DNA of 64,000 bases from a bacterium (GTDB taxonomy: Bacteria > Omnitrophota > Gorgyraeia > Zapsychrales > Zapsychraceae): the NCBI GenBank assembly GCA_030429765.1, contig JAUIER010000007.1, forward strand, positions 68,372 to 132,371. The letters run 5' to 3'. Position numbers and translations under genes: made by a program. Numbering within the stretch: position 1 is the first letter of the stretch; the number at the start of each line of letters is the position of its first letter. The notes under the pieces are model-generated. The model searched no databases. It worked only from the letters and a program-made list of their open reading frames with translations, and was not told the origin of the DNA. This document shows, piece by piece, positions 39,629-50,061 of the stretch.

Positions 39629-40747
39629 TTAAATATTAAAGAAGAACTCCGGAATCGCGATGATGTACTTGATATTGAACACCCAGCGCAACAGCATCTT
39701 GATCGGCAGACTGGCGGTAAAAAGCAGCAGGATAACAAACACACTGTAGCGCAACGGTCCGAGGTTCTTGAAAACATTCTTGAGCACAGTCTTGGCCAGT
39801 AACAGCGGCATCACACCGAAGTACACAAACACGGCCAAAAATCCCCACATTTCACGAAGCAATATATTCGATGGCAGCTGTTTCTTCATCCAGATCATGT
39901 AGATCAGCTCGGATAAATTCACGTTCGTCAACGCTTCCAGCTTGTGTAGGTCCCAATACTCGAATGGACCGAAGAAGTTCCAGTTCGGCCCCCTCAGGAA
40001 TGTCCCCACACTAATAAGGAAGATCCACAGGACAATCCAGAGAAACATAAAGATCGACACCGCCATCCGCCGATCGTTAAAGGTGTAATAACCCGATCCT
40101 TTTTTATTATTATCGATGTACGGAATGGCCATCAATCCGATCATGATCACCGTTGGAAAGACCACACCCGCCAGCCACGGATCAAAATAAACCAGCATTT
40201 CCTGTAAGCCCAGGAAGTACCATGGGGCCTTGGACGGGTTTGGTGACACCGAGGGATTCGCCGGTTCCTCGATCGGCGCCTGAAGCGCCATCGCCCAGAC
40301 AAGCAATAAGACCGAGCACAGGATCAGACAGATAAATTCAATGTAAACCAGATCGGGCCAGACCAAAATTTTTTCCTTGGCATCCTCCGCCTCTTGCGGC
40401 GGCTTGCCGGCCGCGATACGCGCGTCATTATCGTATGCCTGTTTCATGGATAGCCATAAGAAGAACACGACCAAAAACAGCAGTCCGACAATCGGCACAT
40501 TATCCGGTTTACTGACAATCTTACGGAAGTTCGGATCTGAAATACCAAAGCAGAAAAAGGCGAATAATCCCGACATCATCAGAATACCGCCGTTGCGTGT
40601 CCACAACTTGTAGATCCCCAGCTTGCGGTTGATCTTCTCGAAAAAGTTGTTCATTGGGAAAACGAACAGGTAACTGACGGCCAGAATCGGAAAGAGAATC
40701 TGCGGATTGGTGATTTTGTTTATGACTTCTTTGATGGTTTCAATCAT
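39629..40747 (-). CDS. Cytochrome bc complex subunit IV-like protein (C-terminal half of cytochrome b, extended)
   Basis: PSKAPWYFLGLQEMLVYF corresponds to the PEWY region of cytochrome b/PetD; extra TM helices at both ends. Confidence 0.6.
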   Translation of the reverse strand: MIETIKEVINKITNPQILFPILAVSYLFVFPMNNFFEKINRKLGIYKLWTRNGGILMMSGLFAFFCFGISDPNFRKIVSKPDNVPIVGLLFLVVFFLWLSMKQAYDNDARIAAGKPPQEAEDAKEKILVWPDLVYIEFICLILCSVLLLVWAMALQAPIEEPANPSVSPNPSKAPWYFLGLQEMLVYFDPWLAGVVFPTVIMIGLMAIPYIDNNKKGSGYYTFNDRRMAVSIFMFLWIVLWIFLISVGTFLRGPNWNFFGPFEYWDLHKLEALTNVNLSELIYMIWMKKQLPSNILLREMWGFLAVFVYFGVMPLLLAKTVLKNVFKNLGPLRYSVFVILLLFTASLPIKMLLRWVFNIKYIIAIPEFFFNI

Positions 40748-40811
40748 TTAAGTGACTCAATATGTTAGACTTGAAAATTATTCGATCCAAATTGGTGCGG
40801 CACGCATTGGA

Positions 40812-41609
40812 CTATGTCGGTCCGGAAATTCCTCCGTCTTTACGAACGCGCCAGAAATGCACGATCATAAAGATCATAATCACAAACGGCAGTCCAATAC
40901 AGTGAAGGACATAGAATCGAAGCAGCGCCCCCTCACCGACAAACCGACCGCCCAGCATCGCAAACTTGGCGTCACTGGTTGAGGTGACGAAATTGACATC
41001 GCCTATGGCCAACAAATTCGCGCCCGGACCGCCTGTCCCGGCAAACGGCGTGGCCCCTGCCATATTCGATCCAACCGTGATCGCCCAGATCGCCAGCTGA
41101 TCCCATGGCAACAGATATCCGGTAAAACTCAAAAGCATCGTCAACACAAGCAGAATAACACCGATCGACCAGTTAAACTCGCGCGGCGGCTTGTATGATC
41201 CGGTCATAAACACGCGGAACATGTGCAGCCACACAGTAATAACCATCAAGTGAGCCCCCCAGCGATGAATCTCACGCATGATACCCAATGGTACTTGTTC
41301 GCGCATGTCGATGATGTCGCCATAGGCGTACTCAACCGTCGGACGATAATAGAACATCAATAAAATTCCGGTGATAGTCAATACCAGAAAAACAAAGAAT
41401 GACAAACCTCCCATACACCAGGTGTACTTGACCTTCACCGCGTGCTTGGGCAGCCGGACCGGATGCAGATGCAGGAACACCCCGTTGAGAACAACCATCA
41501 TGCGTTGACGACGGGTGCGCGGGATGCCGGTACGGAAGACAGCCTTCCACACCTGTGAGTTGACTATGTAATCTTGGACTTTCTTGAACATATTGTTGTT
41601 GCCGGACAT
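40812..41609 (-). CDS. petB: Cytochrome b6-type subunit (N-terminal half of cytochrome b)
   Basis: Four TM with paired His heme ligands ([21 protein letters not shown]; [21 protein letters not shown]). Confidence 0.8.
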   Translation of the reverse strand: MSGNNNMFKKVQDYIVNSQVWKAVFRTGIPRTRRQRMMVVLNGVFLHLHPVRLPKHAVKVKYTWCMGGLSFFVFLVLTITGILLMFYYRPTVEYAYGDIIDMREQVPLGIMREIHRWGAHLMVITVWLHMFRVFMTGSYKPPREFNWSIGVILLVLTMLLSFTGYLLPWDQLAIWAITVGSNMAGATPFAGTGGPGANLLAIGDVNFVTSTSDAKFAMLGGRFVGEGALLRFYVLHCIGLPFVIMIFMIVHFWRVRKDGGISGPT

Positions 41610-41636
41610 GCGTTCCTCCAGATCATTCCGATCCGC

Positions 41637-42353
41637 TTAGGCCAGGATGTAGGATTCGGGATCGTCCCACTCACCTTTTTCCTGCTGAAATTTTTGAGTT
41701 TTGTCAACGACGATCTCGCCATCATCCGCCAGGGAAATCTTGAATCGCTCCAACGGCCGCGGTGCAGGCCCTTCGAAGTGAATCCCCGTCTTGTAAAATC
41801 CGCTTCCGTGACACGGGCACTTAAACTTCTCTTCGTTCTCCAGCCAATTCGGTGTGCATCCCAGATGTGTACAGACCGTCGATAAGGCATAAATCTTTTC
41901 GCTGTCCCTGACGATCCAGGTTGCCTGCTGATCTTTGTAGCGCTCAGATACTTCCCCGACCACATAATCGTCCGGAAATCCGGCGCGGAAGGATTGTTTG
42001 GGTTCAAATAGGACATTGGGAAAGAGATATCTCAGTACCAGTGAACCGTAACCGCCGAGCACGGCCGCAAAGGCAGTCCACCCGATGGCCAACCATTTGA
42101 CAAACGTGCGTCGATCGACCTCGGGAGCGCTGGTTTGCGCTTTGGTCGCGGCCTTTCGTGTGATCGGCTTGGACACGATACCCGTTTTGCCCTGAAGCTG
42201 CGACGGTGTCACGCCGACTTGCTTGTCATCGCTTGATGTTGGATTGGCTGATGATCCGGCCGGTGGGACCGATGGCCGGGGTGGAATTTTCTTATCAGAT
42301 TTGGATTTGCCGCTGCTCTTTTTTGGAGGCTTGCTCGGATTGTTTTTACTCAT
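41637..42353 (-). CDS. petC: Rieske [2Fe-2S] iron-sulfur subunit
   Basis: TAT-like RRTFVKW signal anchor; CTHLGC...CPCHGS boxes; S/P-rich N-terminus. Confidence 0.8.
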   Translation of the reverse strand: MSKNNPSKPPKKSSGKSKSDKKIPPRPSVPPAGSSANPTSSDDKQVGVTPSQLQGKTGIVSKPITRKAATKAQTSAPEVDRRTFVKWLAIGWTAFAAVLGGYGSLVLRYLFPNVLFEPKQSFRAGFPDDYVVGEVSERYKDQQATWIVRDSEKIYALSTVCTHLGCTPNWLENEEKFKCPCHGSGFYKTGIHFEGPAPRPLERFKISLADDGEIVVDKTQKFQQEKGEWDDPESYILA

Positions 42354-42360
42354 AACTCGC

Positions 42361-43227
42361 TTAGTTCTGTATTTGTTTCATCGCTGCCGCGCGGATCTTC
42401 ATATTTTGATCGCTGGCGGACAACGATTGAATCCGCTGGCGGATATCGGGATCCCCGAACCGCGAACTGGCGGATATGGCAGATAGAATCAAATTGTTTT
42501 TTTCGTCCCGATCGACCTCCGGGAACTTGTCCAGATAACTCCGGTCGAGTAGCTGCATGAGGATTTCTTTGCCGCTCAAATCACCCATCTGAGCCAGTGA
42601 TATAGCTGATCCCCATTGTACATTGGGTTCAAAATCTTTCAATGCTTTTTTTAAAATCGGCAGTGATTCTGAATTACCCAGATTTCCCATGGCCACCACC
42701 GCGATGGATCGTATACGCGCGTTGCTGTGATCGGCATAATCGTGCAGTAACGGGGCGTTGGTGGTATCACCTAGCTGACCAATCGCATAGATCAGCGCGG
42801 GTAAATTTTCTTCCTTTTCGTTGATAAATCCTTCGGCCAATGCCTGGCTGAAGGCCATGTTCTGCGTCCGCCCCATCGCCAGGGCCAGGTACTGCCGCAC
42901 CCGGTTGTCGTCATGCCGCGCCTGTTCAAACGCGTTGATCATCTCGTTTTCAAAACGCTCTTCCTGGGGAACCATCGCCGGATTGGATAAAATCTTTGAT
43001 AACTCAAACGCCCCCTGCCAGCGTTTGTTGTGTCCGCCGGTCTTGACATCCTCGAGATAGTCATAAACGCTGCGCTTTTCCTGGGTCAGCAAGTGAATGC
43101 CGCCGAACAACAGCACGCAGAACACCGCAATCAAAAACGGAATGATAAAGAACGAGTGAACAATGACCCGCAGGAAAGAATACTCTTCCGGCGGATTCTC
43201 AGATGTATTTTGTGGTTCGCTACTCAC
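42361..43227 (-). CDS. HEAT/PBS-lyase-like repeat protein with N-terminal TM
   Basis: Repeated helical pairs (IRSIAVVAMGNLGN, VQWGSAISLAQMGD). Confidence 0.5.
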   Translation of the reverse strand: MSSEPQNTSENPPEEYSFLRVIVHSFFIIPFLIAVFCVLLFGGIHLLTQEKRSVYDYLEDVKTGGHNKRWQGAFELSKILSNPAMVPQEERFENEMINAFEQARHDDNRVRQYLALAMGRTQNMAFSQALAEGFINEKEENLPALIYAIGQLGDTTNAPLLHDYADHSNARIRSIAVVAMGNLGNSESLPILKKALKDFEPNVQWGSAISLAQMGDLSGKEILMQLLDRSYLDKFPEVDRDEKNNLILSAISASSRFGDPDIRQRIQSLSASDQNMKIRAAAMKQIQN

Positions 43228-43274
43228 TGAATACGTGTCCTATTATAGCAATGTTTATACGCATGCAAAGTGAT

Positions 43275-43580
43275 TTATCCGGTAATTGACGCGGCTTGTT
43301 CCCGGGCCGCCTCGGCGCTGTCGGCGGATACCGCATCACTGGTCAACAGCACACATCGATTGCGGTGATCGACCTCAAAAATCCCCGGTGTTATCGCATA
43401 GTAAAACGGCTGATCCTCGGTGGTAATACGTACCACGCCCTTCGTCAACATCGATACCATCGGCGCGTGATTCTTGAAAATCCCGAAACCACCTTCCACG
43501 CCGGGCAATGAGACAGATACAATCGTCTGGTCAAATACCTTGCCCTGCGGCGTCACAATTTTTAGCGCGAGTTCACTCAT
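43275..43580 (-). CDS. atpC: F0F1 ATP synthase subunit epsilon
   Basis: KIVTPQGKVFDQTIVSVSLPGVEGGFGIFKNHAP. Confidence 0.85.
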   Translation of the reverse strand: MSELALKIVTPQGKVFDQTIVSVSLPGVEGGFGIFKNHAPMVSMLTKGVVRITTEDQPFYYAITPGIFEVDHRNRCVLLTSDAVSADSAEAAREQAASITG

Positions 43581-43586
43581 AACCGG

Positions 43587-45005
<1,419 letters not shown>

Positions 45006-45018
45006 TCATTCCTCGTCT

Positions 45019-45888
45019 TTAATTTATTGCTTCGGCCCCCGCGACAATCTCGGTCAGCTCGGTGGTGATCGCCGCCTGACGGGCACGGTTACGTAACAGT
45101 GTGTATTTGTTAATCAGATCCGACGCGTTCTTGGTCGCGTTATCCATCGCCGACATCCGCGCCCCGTGTTCCCCGGCGGAATTCTCGAGTAAGGCGAAAT
45201 GAATTTTGAAATACAAATAGTGCGGAATCAGATATTCCAATAGCTCTCCGGCTTCGGGTTCAAAGATATACTCCTGCGGATGATCAATCGCCTCGTCGAC
45301 CAGTTCGCGCGGATCAATCGGCAGGATCTTCTGAAACACCGTCTTCTGCGAGATCGGACTCAAGAATTGATTGTATACCGTGTAAACCTCGTCGAAGTCC
45401 CCCTCGCGATAAACCCGGCTCAAATCCTGACCGATCCGTTCAGCGGTGGCAAAACTTGGCGTCGCTGTGACGTCCTCGTAATAGGTCAGGACATCCTCTT
45501 TGTTCTTGAAAAACTGATATCCGCGTCGACCGCAAAAACTCAGCGCGATACGTTCGTACTGAGCGCGTTGGCGATCCACCCATTTAACAACCTGCTTGTT
45601 GGCATTGTGGTTGAACGCCCCGCACAATCCGCGATCGGACGTGATCACCAGGATCAGCGCATTACGGACCCTGTCTTTGGGAACCAGCAGCGGATGTAGA
45701 CCCGGATGAATGGTCGCTGAAATCCGTGATGTCATATGGGCCAGTTGACGGGCATAGGCCTTGGCGTTGCCCTGCGCCTCCTGCGCCCGGCGCAGTTTGC
45801 TGGCCGCGACCATCTTCATCGTCCGCGTGATCTTTTGCGTGTTCTTCAAGCTCTTGAGCTTGTTGTTGTATTCCTTAATACTACTCAT
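45019..45888 (-). CDS. atpG: F0F1 ATP synthase subunit gamma
   Basis: [27 protein letters not shown]-terminus; C-terminal helix. Confidence 0.9.
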   Translation of the reverse strand: MSSIKEYNNKLKSLKNTQKITRTMKMVAASKLRRAQEAQGNAKAYARQLAHMTSRISATIHPGLHPLLVPKDRVRNALILVITSDRGLCGAFNHNANKQVVKWVDRQRAQYERIALSFCGRRGYQFFKNKEDVLTYYEDVTATPSFATAERIGQDLSRVYREGDFDEVYTVYNQFLSPISQKTVFQKILPIDPRELVDEAIDHPQEYIFEPEAGELLEYLIPHYLYFKIHFALLENSAGEHGARMSAMDNATKNASDLINKYTLLRNRARQAAITTELTEIVAGAEAIN

Positions 45889-47404
45889 GCGTCTTGAAAT
45901 TCCGTTTCTTAAAATCGGTCAGCACGTTATCCAGTTCGCTTTTGACCTCGTCACTGAGCTGCTGTTCTTTGTGCAGCAGCCGCATAAAATCCGCGTACTC
46001 CGCGTCCAACGCTTCGTGTAACTTTTCTTCGAAGGCCTGCACCTGCGACACGTCGACGTCATCCAGATATCCGTTCACACCGGCGTAGATAATCACGATC
46101 TGTTTACCGACATCCAACGGAGAATAAATCCCCTGTTTGATCACCTGCATCAGTCGCTGTCCGCGCTCCAATTGCTTTCGCGTCGACTCATCAAGATCTG
46201 ACGCGAATTGCGAAAACGCCGCCAGTTCACGATACTGCGCGAGGTCCAGACGCAAAGTTCCGGCCGTTTGTTTCATGGCCTTGATCTGCGCGTCACCCCC
46301 GACCCGTGAAACTGACAGACCCGGATTGATCGCCGGACGCTGTCCGGAATTAAACAAATCAGATTCCAGAAAGATCTGCCCATCGGTAATCGAGATCACG
46401 TTCGTTGGAATGTACGCCGATACATCGCCGGCCTGTGTTTCAATTACAGGCAAAGCAGTAAGACTCCCCGCTCCTTTGGCATCGCTCATTTTCGCGGCAC
46501 GTTCGAGCAGACGGCTGTGCAGATAAAAGATATCACCCGGATAGGCTTCCCGTCCTGGTGGACGACGCAAAAGCAAAGATAATTGACGATACGCCTGCGC
46601 CTGCTTGGTTAAATCATCATAAATAATGAGCGCGTGTCGTCCTGTATCACGGTAGTACTCGGCCATCGCGCAACCTGAATACGGCGCCAAAAACTGCATC
46701 GGGGCCGGATCTGACGCGGTCGCCGCCACGATCGTAGTGTACTCCATCGCGCCGAATTTCTTGAGCGTTTCGTGAACCGACGCCACCGTTGAACGCTTTT
46801 GTCCGATCGCGACATAAAAGCAAAACACATTCTTACCGCGCTGATTGATAATCGTGTCGATCGCCAGCGCCGTCTTGCCGGTTTTACGGTCCCCGATAAT
46901 CAGCTCACGCTGTCCGCGGCCGATCGGTGTCAGCGCGTCAATAACCTTGATCCCGGTCTGCAAGGGTTCATGGACGTTTTTTCTCTCAATAATCCCGGGC
47001 GCTTTGATCTCGATCTGACGCATTTCCTTGGCCTCAATCGGTGCCAAACCGTCAATCGCCACTCCCAGGGCGTCGACAATGCGTCCGGTCAATCCCTCGC
47101 CGACAGGAACCGAGGCGATGCTTTCTGTCCGTTTGACCTGATCGCCTTCCTTGATACCCGTGTCAGAACCAAATACCGCCACCCCGACGTTGTCGGCTTC
47201 GAGGTTCAGCGCCATCCCCTTCACGCCATTACTGAATTCTACCAGCTCACCCGCCATGACGTCCGACAATCCGTGGATCCGCGCGATCCCGTCCCCGACA
47301 TTGAGCACGGTACCGACCTCATAGGTTTCACCTTTATTATCAAAATTTGTCAGCTGCTTCTTGAGTATCGAAGATATTTCTTCCGGTTTGAGTTTTGTCG
47401 ACAT
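45881..47404 (-). CDS. atpA: F0F1 ATP synthase subunit alpha
   Basis: Walker [10 protein letters not shown]; conserved alpha-subunit core. Confidence 0.95.
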   Translation of the reverse strand: MSTKLKPEEISSILKKQLTNFDNKGETYEVGTVLNVGDGIARIHGLSDVMAGELVEFSNGVKGMALNLEADNVGVAVFGSDTGIKEGDQVKRTESIASVPVGEGLTGRIVDALGVAIDGLAPIEAKEMRQIEIKAPGIIERKNVHEPLQTGIKVIDALTPIGRGQRELIIGDRKTGKTALAIDTIINQRGKNVFCFYVAIGQKRSTVASVHETLKKFGAMEYTTIVAATASDPAPMQFLAPYSGCAMAEYYRDTGRHALIIYDDLTKQAQAYRQLSLLLRRPPGREAYPGDIFYLHSRLLERAAKMSDAKGAGSLTALPVIETQAGDVSAYIPTNVISITDGQIFLESDLFNSGQRPAINPGLSVSRVGGDAQIKAMKQTAGTLRLDLAQYRELAAFSQFASDLDESTRKQLERGQRLMQVIKQGIYSPLDVGKQIVIIYAGVNGYLDDVDVSQVQAFEEKLHEALDAEYADFMRLLHKEQQLSDEVKSELDNVLTDFKKRNFKTHE

Positions 47405-47413
47405 AGAACGTCC

Positions 47414-47950
47414 TTATTGATTGATCACTGCTCTCTTAAATTTCTTCAACTTGTTTTCGATGGAATAGTCATAAATGGTATCGTCGATCTGGATCTTGAT
47501 CCCGCCGGACATATGGGGATCAATCACGATGCGAGGCTTGACCGTCCGGCCCGTGATCTTACCGAACCGAGTCTTGATCAGATCCAGCTGAGTTGCTGTG
47601 GGTTCAGTCCGGCTGGTGACAATCGCCTCGACGGTGTCGGTGGACTGCATATAGATCAGCTCATAGGCATTGCAGACGGCCTCCAGCAGATCCAGCCGTG
47701 ACTTGTCGATGAGAAAGTGCAGGAATGTCACCGTCTGCGGTTTGAGCTTTTTGGCAAACAGGTCTGTCACAATCGTCTTTTTTTCATCGGCCGACATCAC
47801 CGGATCACATATAAACGCGCGAAATGAATCCGAGTTCTGACAGACATCCCTCAACTGCTCGAGATCATGTGCAACAGCCTCTGATAATTTCGCTTCGTCG
47901 ACCCAGTCAAAACAGGCCTGGGCGTACCGTTGGGCGACTTGTACACTCAT
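47414..47950 (-). CDS. atpH: F0F1 ATP synthase subunit delta (OSCP)
   Basis: Size, helical N-domain and operon position. Confidence 0.8.
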   Translation of the reverse strand: MSVQVAQRYAQACFDWVDEAKLSEAVAHDLEQLRDVCQNSDSFRAFICDPVMSADEKKTIVTDLFAKKLKPQTVTFLHFLIDKSRLDLLEAVCNAYELIYMQSTDTVEAIVTSRTEPTATQLDLIKTRFGKITGRTVKPRIVIDPHMSGGIKIQIDDTIYDYSIENKLKKFKRAVINQ

Positions 47951-48498
47951 AGGTCTTTGAGATATTTCGAGATTAACTTTTTGTTTTTGGCATCGTCCAG
48001 CTCTTCGCCGAGGATTTTGTTCGCCAGCTCGATGGCGATGTTGGCGCTCTCCTCCCGCAATGAGGCCTGGGCCTCCTTGAGCTCTTCTTTCATATCCCGC
48101 TGCGCGTTTTCGAGAATGATCTGTGATTCCTTACGCGCCTCTTCGGTGATATGCTTGGCCGCTTCCTTGGCCGCTTTGCGGGAATCTTCGATGATGGCCT
48201 GTGCCTTGGCCTCCGACTCCTGCATCATCAACTTCTGGGTTTCGGCGAGGCTGGCCATTTCCTCACGGATCTTGTCTGCGTCCTCCACCGATTTCTTGAG
48301 ATGCTCCTCACGGGCATCGATCAGTGACAAAATCGGCTTCCAAGCGAATTTGGACAACACAAACAACAATCCAAAGAAGCAAAACCACGTCACGAATAAT
48401 AACGTCACGTCGGGAGTGAGAAAACCCGGGAGACCGCCATCCGCGTGCGCGTCATGCGGCACTTCGATTGTTTCTGTATTATCGTCTTTTTTTGCCAT
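47947..48498 (-). CDS. atpF: F0F1 ATP synthase subunit b
   Basis: One TM then long charged coiled coil. Confidence 0.75.
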   Translation of the reverse strand: MAKKDDNTETIEVPHDAHADGGLPGFLTPDVTLLFVTWFCFFGLLFVLSKFAWKPILSLIDAREEHLKKSVEDADKIREEMASLAETQKLMMQESEAKAQAIIEDSRKAAKEAAKHITEEARKESQIILENAQRDMKEELKEAQASLREESANIAIELANKILGEELDDAKNKKLISKYLKDL

Positions 48499-48502
48499 GA
48501 TA

Positions 48503-48721
48503 TTATTTGAAGAATAGTGTTAACAGACAAACGATACAGCTGATAACCGCGACCCCTTCAATCAGACCGGCGGCCACAACCATTGCCCCTCGAATATCCT
48601 TGGCGGCTTCCGGCTGGCGGGCAATCCCGTCCATCGCGCTGGAGGCCAGCTTTCCAATCCCAAACGCGGCACCGATTGTAATCGCGCCTACACCGATTGC
48701 TGCAAAAGTAGATCCATCCAT
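48503..48721 (-). CDS. atpE: F0F1 ATP synthase subunit c
   Basis: Start mapped by hand to MDGSTFAAIG...; helical hairpin with conserved carboxylate (LIEGVAV). Confidence 0.85.
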   Translation of the reverse strand: MDGSTFAAIGVGAITIGAAFGIGKLASSAMDGIARQPEAAKDIRGAMVVAAGLIEGVAVISCIVCLLTLFFK

Positions 48722-48800
48722 AATTTCATCCTTTCCTTTGAATTTTGAGTCATACAAGTTAAACGTAGCTAATTCTGTCTGCCGATACCGATCCCTGCGA

Positions 48801-49583
48801 CTAATGTTCAGGATGATACATCTGTCCGATAAAGATCGCCGACAAAAACGTGAAAATATAGGCCTGCAAAAAGGCCACGAAAATCTCAAGCAAGTAAACA
48901 AACAAGACCACCGGCACAACAAACGGCAGAGTAATGAGCCCCAGGACAACCGACATGCCGGTGAGTGATAAGAGCACAAAGTGTCCGCCCAGTAGATTGG
49001 CGAAGAGGCGAACCATCAATACAACTGATCGAATAATCAGCCCCAATACCTCAATCACAATCATCCCCGGATTCAGGACCTTGGGAACGCCCGGGATAAC
49101 AAACGCATGGCAAAAACCTTTGAAACCATTTTTCCGGATCGCACCAACCGTCAGATAGAAGAATGTCGCCAACATTAAGCCGCCGGTCACATTAAAATTA
49201 GCCGTGGCTGTGGAAAATAACGGAATTAGTCCCAGCAAATTCAGCGTAAGGATCATAAAGAACATCGTACAGAACACAGGCGTCATTTTTCGCCCATCCT
49301 CTTCACCCAGATTTTCGATGGCGATGTCGTTACGGATAAACAGCACGAACGACTCAAGCGCGTTGCTTAATCGCCCGCGCGGTCGATTGGATTGCTTATC
49401 GTACAGAACTACGAATAGTAAAATCAAAATTGAAGACGCAATCAGGATCATCAGCAAATGCAGGCTCAACGGATACGGTAACGGGACCGAAATTCCGAAC
49501 GGCAGATGCCACTCATGCGTATTCTCGACGTGATGCAAAAGATACTGGTCTAGTTTAAAGCCTTCACCTGACGGCTGTGCCAT
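48801..49583 (-). CDS. atpB: F0F1 ATP synthase subunit a
   Basis: 5-6 TM; essential Arg in MVRLFANLLGGH. Confidence 0.85.
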   Translation of the reverse strand: MAQPSGEGFKLDQYLLHHVENTHEWHLPFGISVPLPYPLSLHLLMILIASSILILLFVVLYDKQSNRPRGRLSNALESFVLFIRNDIAIENLGEEDGRKMTPVFCTMFFMILTLNLLGLIPLFSTATANFNVTGGLMLATFFYLTVGAIRKNGFKGFCHAFVIPGVPKVLNPGMIVIEVLGLIIRSVVLMVRLFANLLGGHFVLLSLTGMSVVLGLITLPFVVPVVLFVYLLEIFVAFLQAYIFTFLSAIFIGQMYHPEH

Positions 49584-49851
49584 AACGGTATAACCTGTAA
49601 AAAATTGTACAAAAATAAAAGCCGATGAAAAACAGAGTGAATTTCATCTGATCAACTTCACCGTAAAACAAGATCGCGGACAACACAATTACCAAACATA
49701 ATACCCGAAACGCGTTCCACTTCAATAAAAAAGTAATGCTCTCCGTCTCACTGCGACGTTGCGTGAGCGATTCCCCCAAACATAAAAAACCCATATTGAT
49801 GCAGACCACCGACAGCGCTGCCAGGGCTTCAAACAAATAATAAAATGTCAT
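49564..49851 (-). CDS. atpI: ATP synthase protein I-like small membrane protein
   Basis: 95 aa, 3-4 TM, immediately upstream of atpB. Confidence 0.4.
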   Translation of the reverse strand: MTFYYLFEALAALSVVCINMGFLCLGESLTQRRSETESITFLLKWNAFRVLCLVIVLSAILFYGEVDQMKFTLFFIGFYFCTIFYRLYRYGTAVR

Positions 49852-50057
49852 CGTCGCTCCTCACTCAAGATGAGCTTGTAGATCTGTAGCCCGCAAACCA
49901 TCATCCCTAATAAAAACCCGATAAATGTCGCAAATCGTGTCTGGAATTTTCGATCGATAAACATCCCGGCAAAGGTCAGTAAGACCATCCCGCCACACAT
50001 CGTCCATCCCAATCCGGCATACCGCAAAAACGTTCGCTGTTGTTCCTTGGTCATCAT
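49848..50057 (-). CDS. atpZ: AtpZ-like (putative F0F1-ATPase subunit, PF09527-like) small membrane protein
   Basis: Trimmed start MTKEQQRTFLRYAGLGWTMCGGMVLLTFAGMFIDRKF; two TM, GLG motif. Confidence 0.4.
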   Translation of the reverse strand: MMTKEQQRTFLRYAGLGWTMCGGMVLLTFAGMFIDRKFQTRFATFIGFLLGMMVCGLQIYKLILSEERR

Positions 50058-50061
50058 AACG

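Noticed and set aside
46799-47701. 300-aa plus-strand ORF
   Set aside because: Antisense to atpA; typical GC-rich shadow ORF.
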